A stretch of DNA of 63,942 nucleotides, the filler included, from Choristocarpus tenellus KU-1152 (lineage: Eukaryota > Protista > Phaeophyceae): NCBI GenBank assembly GCA_964200185.2. It is 10 parts of 10 records of this genome, joined end to end, with 100 filler letters (N's around TTAATTAATTAA, not from the genome) between each part and the next. Parts side by side here need not be neighbours in the genome. Positions count along the whole stretch, not along the records: positions 49,352 to 54,411 come from CAXNAD020012001.1; positions 54,512 to 59,541 come from CAXNAD020012113.1; positions 59,642 to 63,942 come from CAXNAD020015221.1; 7 more parts are not named here. The stretch is one strand, 5' to 3'. Position 1 is the stretch's first letter. Each line of letters begins with the position of its first letter. Below are positions 54,065 to 63,942 of this stretch, one piece after another. A model generated the notes under the pieces. That model saw only the letters and a program-made list of their open reading frames with translations. It searched no databases and was not told the origin of the DNA. Both the position numbers and the translations under genes were made by a program.

Positions 54065-54304
54065 GAGCCAAAGTATCTTAGAGGGTAGAGCCGCGTCCAT
54101 CTGGGGGGCAAAATCCAATGTTGCGATTTTAATATAATTTTGGCTATCATGTTTTTAAGAAGTGTCAAATATCCTTGTTCGGACACAACGTTTCATAATG
54201 CATACATTTTGGAGTAGGAAAATGTCATTAGAAAAATCTGTGGGAAGTCAAGCCCCAAACGGACAAACAGGACAAAACTCGTACCCTCTAAGATACTTGC
54301 ACTC
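54065..54304 (+). mobile_element. MITE family A copy 4 (240 bp)
   Basis: TIRs intact; perfect 4-bp TSD AAAT/AAAT; short internal deletion. Confidence 0.92.
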
Positions 54305-54511
54305 AAATGGGTCGCAAAAACAATTTCTATTAAAGGCGCCCCCGAAAGCTTACCTCCACAGGATGTATAGCTCCAATCTACGGGCTTACACATGATACTG
54401 ATGTACGTATANNNNNNNNNNNNNNNNNNNNNNNNNNNNNNNNNNNNNNNNNNNNTTAATTAATTAANNNNNNNNNNNNNNNNNNNNNNNNNNNNNNNNN
54501 NNNNNNNNNNN

Positions 54512-56061
54512 GGGGAAACACCATCAGCCTTCATCTCATCCAGCAGAGACAGTGCGGCCTCCCACTGCCTCCCTTTGCCACATGCTGTGATGCATGAGTT
54601 GTATGTGATGACATCGGGGGCAACACCGTTAGCCTTCATCTCATCAAGCAGAGATACTGTGGTCTTCCAATCCTCAGCTTCTCCGCATGCTGCAATGCAT
54701 GAGTTGTATGTGACAACATCAGAGGCAACACCATTAGCCTTCATCTCATCAAGTAAAGACAGTGCAGCCTTCCACTGCCCAGCTTCTCCATATGCTGCGA
54801 TGCATGAGTTATATGTGATGACATTGGGGGCAACATCACTAGCCTTCACCTCGTCAAGCAGAGATAATGCGTCCCTCCATCTCCTAGCTTTTCCGCATGC
54901 TGTGATGCATGAGTTGTATGTGATGACATCGGGGGCAACACCGTTAGCCTTCATCTCATCAAGCAGGGACAGTGCGGTCTTCCAATCCTCAGCTTCTCCG
55001 CATGCCTTGATGCATGAGTTGTATGTGACAACATCAGAGGCAACACCATTAGCCTTCATCTCATCAAGTAAAGACAGTGCAGACTTCCATCTCCTAGCTT
55101 CTCCACATGCTGTGATGCATGAGTTATATGTGTTGACATTGGGGGCAACACCATTAGCCTTCATCTCATCAAGCAGAGATAATGCGTCCCTCCATCTCCT
55201 AGCTTTTCCACATACTGTGATACATGAGTTGTATGTGACGACATTGGGGGCAACACCACTAGCTTTCATCTCATCAAGCAGAGACAGTGCGGTCTTCCAA
55301 TCCTCAGCTTCTCCGCATGCTTTGATGCATGAGTTGTACGTGATGACATTGGGGGCAACACCATCGGCTTTCATTTCCTCAAGTAGAGACAGGGCGACCT
55401 GCCATTGCCTACTATTGCCGCATACTTCGATGCATGAGTTGTACGTGATGGCATCGGGGGCCACTGCGTCAGTCTTCATCTCCTCCAAAATGGACACAGC
55501 AGCTCTCCATGGTGTGTCGGGGTACTCTGTGGTGACAGTATTTGCGTCGCCATTGGGGATACGATCGACCTCTTTCGCAGCCTTTGCCAAGGCGCGTATG
55601 CACTGACTGAATAGTCTCGTACTGATAGGAAAACCAGAGGCCTTGGCCTCTCGCAAAAGCTGGAGAATATGTCGCCACTCTCCCCTTTCCCCCGACGACT
55701 TGATGTTCGCCAACAACGACTGCTGAGATTTGTTCTGTACAGACGAACCTCTATCGCTGAGAATCCGCTCCCCCTTCCCCAGTTTACACTCCTCACGAGT
55801 ACCTCCTGCTCTGGATGAGACCTTGCGTTGAGACGAAGACCAAACTCTTAAGGCTTGACACCTAACTAGTACAATTTCGTTGTCCAAGATTGGTGCTGAA
55901 TTGGGAAGATGGTACTGACTGGAGCTCAAATTGGAGACGTCACGATCAACATCTTTCCTGGAACCTAATAATCTTGCCTTGTGTTTCGCACAGCGTCGAA
56001 GGCAGTAATTGGTGAGGGTGCGACTGGTCAACAGTAGGCCCCTTCCAAACATGCCATACAT
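54512..56061 (-). CDS. P-type pentatricopeptide repeat protein (3' truncated)
   Basis: Nine 35-aa xxTYNSCI..C....W..A.SLLDEMKA.GV repeats; Arg/Ser/Leu-rich N-terminus resembling a mitochondrial presequence. Confidence 0.95.
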
Positions 56062-56097
56062 CGATTGTTTCGTCTAGTCACCAACCCATCCACTACA

Positions 56098-56128
56098 TAC
56101 CTAACCCTAACCCTAACCCTAACCCTAA
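56098..56128. repeat. Interstitial telomeric repeat ~40 bp upstream of the PPR start
   Basis: Approximately (CCCTAA)5. Confidence 0.95.
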
Positions 56129-58952
56129 TGCTACCATGCTTTTAATATAAATACTAATGGTCGTCCCAACGATTTTGATTGCAATATATCAAAGATTTCT
56201 AAAGATAGGAATTGGAGATATGGAAGTGAAATCGATCTACTACACAACACCCACCAACCAACACCACATCAGGTTCGTTCATAGTACGTTGAAGGGTGAT
56301 TGGTGAGCTTTGAGGCAATAGGCAACCAGCAATGGGATCCTCCTGTTTCCCCAGCCCATAATTTAAGGGTGGGCTCCAATTCTGTATGTTGTACGGGATG
56401 TACGAAAATACAAAACAATGACATTAGATGTGGCACGCAGAAGTTCCACACTTACCAGGATTCATTCAAACTTTTTGTGTGGGGCGTAATGTAATGCCTC
56501 TCTGTACTTCAAAGGGGAACTGCTCCACGGGTGGAGACTGACCGGGCATCTGTTTCCAACCCCTGACTATTATACAGGTGGGTGCTGAGCCGTCCAGGGT
56601 AGGTACCTCTGTACAGAAGACTGATGTGTGAGATGCTGCCAGAGGGAATGCACCATGCACTCCTTCCTGGAAGGGAAGATAGGTACCTTTAGTTCCATTA
56701 TTGGGGATGATACTCACAGGCAGAAGCAGAAGAGGAAGGGAAAGGAAAAGCAAACTATCTAAGGCCCTCAAAATTTGAGAATGGTCACAGGAGAACCGCA
56801 AGAGTTTCATTGTTCGTCCCAAGCGCTCAAGAGAGTAGCAACAATATACTTCAACCACCCAAACATAAATGCAAATAATCCTACATTGGAATACAGAAAG
56901 AAAGTAGACTGCTAAGAAAGTGTGTGGAAAGTTAGTTGTAAAGCACTGGAGGCAACGCTTGGCTGACTACGCTACAAAAATGTATTGGGTTTTATATCAG
57001 GCGCTGAAGGTGCACTGGGAGTCCAGTCCATGTTTATTTTTAAGTCTACAAATCAGCACAGATTGCTTGGACCGAAAAATGTAAAAGAAATCGATGTCTA
57101 CAGCATACAAGTAAGGCTCGCAGTTTACAGTTTCATCATATTTCGACCGCAAGGCTTTCATCAGGCAAAGGCTACGACATCAATATATTAACATGTTTGA
57201 AATAGCATTGCCTGACATTCATGAAGTCACTCACTGGAGAATGTGCTACGAAAAGGTGTCAATTTATCAATCACCACGTGATCTGGCTAGCAAATGCGAA
57301 GAGTTTCCATTTTTAATTGGCTCAAAAAAGCAACTTTACTCAAGGCGAGGAGACCATTAGTCAACAGCGTTGCACTCACAGTAATTCGAGTCAACTTTGA
57401 AGTTTTCAACCACCAGGTCCGTTTCATTTTTGTCCCCAAAGGAATCAGCTCCAATCATTGTGTCCTCTGGCTCTACTCCCTCCGCCAAATCTCCCATTTT
57501 GTTTACCCCACCTAAGCTCCCATCACTCCAGTTTCTTCTGAAGTTGGATCTTCCATTTCGATGTTAGCACAAACTGACAAAAAAATAATATCTCGTATAT
57601 TTCAGATGGAAGGGTGAAGTGATGCCCTGGGCAGTAAACATCTGTTATAATAGACAATTCAATTTTGGCCTTGCCCTGCAAGTATTCAAAATTTGGTTAG
57701 ACTGGTTAATATTCGGCAGTGATTGCCAAAAATGGGAAGAGATATTTGGACGTTCTAGGATAGCTACAATCCTGGGGTGTTGAGTGCGGCAAGAATGATA
57801 GGTCTTGGTTGCCTGATCCTCCTTAGAAATTTGCTAAAAAATAACCCCTACTATGAGCCAGGATACCAACCTCTTCATACTCGAGACCCCCTGAGAACTA
57901 TAAAAGAGAGTAATGACCTTACAGACCCTTCCTTTGAATCTTCTCCTGTCAGGCGAAGGTCCTCCTTTTGGATTGGTCTAATGGGTATCAGGGTTTGTTC
58001 CTGCTATCTCCGTTATGGTTACGATGTGAGCTGACCAGGTGGTGAATGGATGTGGCATCTCCCCCCATCGTCTGCAGGGTGTGGTCGAGCATTCCAGACC
58101 CCATGGAAATTGTAGAGGACTACAAACACACATTGAATATTGAAGATCAATACACACAAAAATTTGTTGAAGAGAACATCAGTATTTCAGTGCCACACAA
58201 ACCTACTTGCAAAAGCCTCAGCCAGACAATCTGGGAAACAGGAATATGGTCATAGAATATACAATCCCTGCTGCAAGAGTTGAGCAAAAATAGTTACTCT
58301 ATAGTACCACTAAGGAGTACAGTGTAGCAGTTCTAGCAAGGCAAATGGGATGCTTGGTGTGGGATTGGCGCAGGATGGCTGGTCGTACCTATGTTGCCCA
58401 CTACGGGGATCGCTCTTGAACCAGTTGATACCACAGATTCTTTTAGAGATGGTGGTCTGCTTCCACAGCATCAACGTGTAATTCTCATCCAGTGTGATTG
58501 ATACCTTTAGCCTTTTTTGTTTTCATTATGTTGTTTGTTTGTGGAGCAATGTGGATAGCTCTGGGCATGAGCCTCATCAGTGATAATTGCACTCTCTTCA
58601 ATACAATTACAACAATATCATATTTTAAGCAACGGCTATATTCCTCCATGCAACTGCAATGCGATTAGTCCACCAAGGCCTCACACACTTCAATCAGGTA
58701 AAAATACCTCTATGGACCGTCAGCCACAGCAACAGGAAACCAAAGAGTGGGGTGTTCGCCAAGAGAGACTGCAGGTTTTTTTCAATTTCCACCATTTTCA
58801 GTATGGCATCAATCTTGCTTGGAATTGCATCAATGTCCACAGATTATGCACAACTAACAGCACTAGTATGTAAATTTGACCAGTACTCCTAACTAATCGA
58901 ATGATGCAAGTTCTCTCAAGCACTCAAAGTTGTATATATATATATATATATA

Positions 58953-59050
58953 CCCCCTCTGTCCCATAGGTCTGGACCGTTAAGTTGTAGCTCTTCAGGA
59001 TGACCTCCGATTACAATACGGACCTTTGTGTTGGATTCCTCGGAATATTT
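58953..59050 (+). mobile_element. Stowaway-like MITE fragment next to (TA)n
   Basis: Matches the left arm of 14098-14437 and follows a (TA)n tract. Confidence 0.75.
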
Positions 59051-59277
59051 TACATTTAAAAACTATGTCTTGCCTTTATTCGACACCTTCAACCCACTAA
59101 TAATCCAGGGCCACCGCAGAGACTGCTCGGTTTACTTCGACTGATGACCTTGCCAACCCACCCTCCTGCTGCCTCTTTTTGTTCCTGGTGTGCTCTACCT
59201 CGAAATTGTTCTCCCCCAGTGCCCTAACATCTGATTGTTCCTCTTAAACAGACTCTGCCACACCCTCTCGAGCATCT

Positions 59278-59450
59278 GAGTGAAAGTATCTTAGAGGGTA
59301 ACATTTTTTTCCCTTTTTGTCCGTTTGGGTCTTGAATTCCCACGGGTTTTATATTACATTTTACCTACTCCGAAATGTTTCGGAGTAGGTAAAATGTGTA
59401 CGTTATGAAAAGGTGTGTGTCCGGAACAAGGATATTAACACTTTCACGAA
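59278..59450 (-). mobile_element. MITE family A copy 5 (truncated)
   Basis: One TIR plus about 170 bp matching copy 3. Confidence 0.85.
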
Positions 59451-60454
59451 GGCTAATAGCAACTCGGCACCAGGCCCTGACGGGATGCGCCCAAGCCACA
59501 TCAGATCAGCCATCACGACAGATGTTGATCACGAGGAAGTGNNNNNNNNNNNNNNNNNNNNNNNNNNNNNNNNNNNNNNNNNNNNTTAATTAATTAANNN
59601 NNNNNNNNNNNNNNNNNNNNNNNNNNNNNNNNNNNNNNNNNAAAAAAGGGTTGTTTGGCCGAAACGGACACCCCCTCACAAACCACCCCCCCCCCCAAGA
59701 TATTTTGACCCATTTATTTGTTGCTCCCCGTCCATACAAAATATTACTCGTATTGCCTCTAGTATCACCGTAATGATGACTTTCCTGCTCAGGTAGAAAG
59801 AGGCAATGTGTTACAGAGCTTCAGTACATTGTGCACTCGGTACAACTGATAAGACACCTAATCTATCTATAGTTCATACATTTTCCAACCAATGTGGTTG
59901 CAATTCTGAAACCTGGATCTACACTTTAGCAGGTGCTCGAGGTAGGTATTGAGGAACACCCTTTCTTAACTTGCGTATATGTAATATATGGGGAGTGACT
60001 TTACTTGCTCAGTGGTCCACGCCTAATGGGATTGGTGAACTTGGCCTCAGAGAATGTGCACAATGACCTCTGGAAGATGATTCGAACACATGCTTAACAG
60101 AAGGGGCTGTTGCTCCCACTTCTCAGGCAGATAGTACAAGTTAGTAGTATGTTGTCTCCATACACTTTGACCCATGATGTTCTGCTCTCCGTTTCGTTCC
60201 AAATAGGAGATTAATATAGCTTTTAGCAGTAAAGGATTCACATTCGGTGGAACTGGATGGAGGAGCAGTTGCCAATAACTAACATGGGTCAAGTAGTGAA
60301 TTTCAGTGTGAAATCAGAGTGGTGCACAGAGTTGTAGGTAGAAGGACATGGACGTGACATTCAGGATAACCAGTGACGGAAATCAAGACAACAAATTGCG
60401 TTCTCGATCATTCTTCATATATCATACACAGTACAGCTCAGGTCTAGATCTATG

Positions 60455-60575
60455 CCTAGAGCTACGACTAGAGTTACGGCTAGAGGCTAGAGCTATGGCT
60501 GGAGTTGCGGCTGGAGCTACAACTGAAGCTACGGGTAGGGCTACCGCCAGAGCTAGGGCTTGGGCTAGGGTTAGT
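60455..60575. repeat. Degenerate 12-bp tandem repeat (CTAGAGCTACGG-like)
   Basis: Direct reading. Confidence 0.7.
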
Positions 60576-63076
60576 CCTGATTATGAGCAATTTTATATAG
60601 GCATCCATCCAGTTGATTGTATTGGTCGTTCATGTATTTTCTGTGTTGGCACACCTGCAGCAAAAACAAACAAACAAACTCCCACAGTACCTTCTGTATG
60701 CATGTAGGAATGTACGGAGATGACAATGTACTATACCTGAGTAATGCAGTACAGTAAACGTCACCAGCGTATGTTTGCGTATTTGAGTAGTGGTTGGTTG
60801 CCGTTATTACCCCCCCCCCCTCCCTAACAGCGGCCACCCCCCTCTTCAAATCTTATGGGGTGGAGGGAACGCCAGAACAAGTGGGTGGGGTAATTTCATG
60901 TTTCTATTGGCACCGCAGAAATATTGATGTTCACAGGTAAGCACGGGTAGAGCTAGTAGGTGGACAATACAATGTCCCGAGGAATAGACCATAAAAGGAG
61001 GAGATAATACTTTGTCCAATAATACGCAGGCAGTATATCCAAGCATACATACATAAATACATACCAGACTTGAATGAACTGGATCATTTATTTCTGAGAA
61101 AACCATTAATCATTACTAGATGCAGATCAACAAATCTCTGAATCCATTATTGGTCAGTATACCATTGATAGCATTGTTGGACATAGACCTGATCCTGGTC
61201 GTCGTTCATCCAGAAATGATACCTATCGCCTTCGACTTTGTGGCTATGGGCCGTCTTATGATCTTCACAAAAAAACAGAACATATTCCACAATGCCGTGA
61301 CATGATTGCAGCTTATCTGCAGTAAATGGATTGGATAAACAGTAGTATAATTCGTCCTACACAGTGTTGACTTGAGAATTCGTATTTATTGCTATCATAT
61401 TCCTTCGCATAGTCTGCATATCAAGCATTACCGTCATATTTAACCTATTGTTTCAGTAAATAAAGTGTATCGTGTGTATGCGCAGTACCAATCCTGGCCA
61501 ATTCTTTGTCTGTTTATTTGTTTTCTGGCTTGTGTGTCTTGGTCTGGATCTCCTGTTACTCACATATTGCAATCCTTTACATAGGTTGACCATCTGGTTT
61601 GTGGATAGCCAGAGGCTCAGTTACTACGAGCTTACTAAAAAGAGTATGTATTTATGTATGTGTGATTTTTGTAGATTATTTGTCTACTGTTCCTGCTGAT
61701 TTTTGTCCACCCTTCACCCTTCTGAGTGCTCCTGTACAAGGAATAACATATAAACTACACAGAACATAACTGATTCCTTACTTCAATGCATTTTCCATTG
61801 TTTGAGTGGATGGTGTGAAGTCATTGTGATGTTGGGAGTCCAGATATTAGAATGGGTAGGGCTTCATGCTTTTTGGGTGGATGGTGCAATGTGATGTGTG
61901 TGGTGGAGGACGTTAAAGACTTATCAATTTATCTTTGAAGGGATTGTTCATTTGTACGGTGTTCAATCTGGGTGGAGTGTGTTGTTGGGTGGTGTTGGAG
62001 CAAGCTAATTTTTCACCTAGCCAAACGGCCGTCAAGCGAAACAGTCGGAATGAAACAGCAACAAAAAGAAAAATCGAAGCCCCAACATAAAGAACAGTAA
62101 CGTTGTTTTGGTTGGGCTCAAAATGACAAAAATAATTTATCATAAGCTTCAGCGTTGATGTGATAGCACCCAACATGCCAATGGCCATAGGCTTTGAGCC
62201 TTGGCAGTTCTTGTAGCAGATTAATGTATGCAACAAGTAGTAGTCAACATATACATGTAGAAGAACAAAAAAAATGCGTATATGCATGTATTTGTGGGTG
62301 GTGCATATGTTGTGGCCTTGTGCATGTGACCAATGGGGGACACACGGCATTGATGGGGGATGTCATGGTATGTATTAACATGTAAAGCTTTATTTAGTAC
62401 AGTAGAGTTGTAGAGTTTATTTCAAATTATAGATTACTGTAGTGCTTTTCTGCAGGTGCTGTATAGGGCAGTAGCAGTGGTACAAATGATGCCACAATTC
62501 TGCTCAACTTGTAATGTACTCGGAGCACGCCTGGTATGATATCGAAGTGGTTACACCTCCTTGTGGCTCTCCTTTTCACTTCAAAAGCATCATAAATATG
62601 ATGACCCGTTGCTTCAACTATCCAATGGTCGGTACTTGAGTTTCTCTCAGCACCAACCTGACACCTCTATCTACTGCAACTCTGAGTAATTACAGAAGAA
62701 TGTCAAACTATATGTAGTATTCGCATGGTACATGATACCACAAAACAAATACTTTGAATAGCTTCCTACAACCACTATTTCTACCACTTCTCCGCAGATC
62801 GGCCTACTACTATCATGGTACTTTTGTCTGCACAACACGCTTATCTATAGCAGAAAATGATACTGAAAATGACCAGATCTTCTTAAAGAACAATAGGTCC
62901 CTTTGCACAAATAATTTGTGTCATCTAAGGTAGCTGGGTAACTTACGGAAAATACTACCCCTAACCCTAATATACATCACTCGCAAGTTACGTATAAATA
63001 GTACATAGTGTACCTATACACAAAATGTTGCAATAAACATAGTAAGCAATCTTCAAGGCAATGGTGCTGACTTAAT

Positions 63077-63332
63077 GAGTCAAAGTATCTTGGAGGGTAG
63101 AGCCGCGTTCGTTTGACGACAAAATCCAATGTTGAAATTGTGATGTAATTTTGGCAATCGTGTTTGTTAGGAAGTGTCAATATCCTTGTTCCAGACACAC
63201 CTTGTCATAACAAAAACATTTTACCTATTCCGAAACATTCCGGAGTAGGTAAATTGCCATTAAAACCTGTGGGAAGTCACGCCCCAAATGAACAAACAGG
63301 GCAAATTCCTACCCTCTACAATACTTTCGCTC
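63077..63332 (+). mobile_element. MITE family A copy 6 (256 bp)
   Basis: GAGTCAAAGTATCTTGGAGGGTA ... TACCCTCTACAATACTTTCGCTC. Confidence 0.9.
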
Positions 63333-63942
63333 AATGTGCATGGATGGAGGCAATGCTGTGAAAAGAAAGGCAGTGCCAGCTTTCAATATAGAATGCCATG
63401 AAAAAATGATCTGGGTCTTGATTTGCCCCCTTCATGCGCATGAACACAATATTCAGAGGAACTCATTGGTACCGCTACCACTACTGACTGTTGTACTTCG
63501 GGTATGACCAGCCCGACATCATGGGCAGTCTTGGTAGCAACATGTCTTTGAAAGCTGTGAGATAGGGAAGCACGCCTACACCAACTTCTTCTTCACTAGA
63601 TACTTACAACTACATTCTCCTTGGTTTGAAGAAGCTCTGTGATTGTGTGGGATCAGCAACTGCCACCACCTTCCATTCAGTCAGCTGTGTACAGAAAGCC
63701 TATGTCTCTTGATGACATACAAGCAGGTATAAGTGGAAACAAACAAGAGTGTAGGCTATCTTTCCCCCTTGACTATCCCATATTGTTGATTGCCTTCTAT
63801 TGACTCAAGTGTACATTATGTACCACAGGAGTACCGCTTTTTCTCGGTATATGCAAGGTATCACCTGAATGGGTATATGAAGAAATGTTACAGGCGCCCC
63901 TCAATGCTCACCTTCCAGGATGTACAACTCAAATCCAACGAC

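Noticed and set aside
54575-55606. 343-aa plus-strand ORF
   Set aside because: Antisense shadow of the PPR repeats.
3891-59641. Regularly recurring TTAATTAATTAA palindrome as a biological motif
   Set aside because: Always centred in N44 blocks; it is an artificial six-frame-stop linker. ORFs ending in X-LIN are artefacts of it.

Overview
Eukaryotic, repeat-rich, intron-containing DNA. It is most likely a brown alga (Phaeophyceae), inferred from TTAGGG repeats, GT-AG introns, a stramenopile-type 'YLRADYSIxC' membrane protein and near-identical PPR repeats. The window is not contiguous: nine artificial N44-TTAATTAATTAA-N44 linkers join ten short contigs, so adjacency across them is meaningless. 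Spliced gene fragments were rebuilt by hand with phase-compatible splice sites: the 3' end of an FTR1/EfeU-type iron permease; the C-terminal part of a Ser/Thr kinase with a 62-aa-repeat tail; a head-to-head pair made of an MLO-family gene and a probable paralog, both with signal peptides and the second with a His/Ser-rich N-terminus; and a large Pmp-like/Cys-rich/multi-TM receptor-like gene with a 23-nt microexon. An intronless PPR gene and a SLY1 pseudogene are also present. Mobile DNA includes a GAG...CTC MITE group (possibly Sola), a DD39D mariner relic beside a matching Stowaway-like MITE, and pogo, Copia, CRE-like and Tc1-like relics. Short interstitial telomeric arrays are pervasive. 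The best leads are the divergent MLO pair, a mirror-symmetric 4-nt insertion that creates telomeric repeats in both TIRs of one MITE, tandemly duplicated splice donors, the triplet-periodic PPR array and an RHS-toxin-like fragment. No complete novel system is demonstrable from this window alone. All family assignments come from motif recognition, not database searches.
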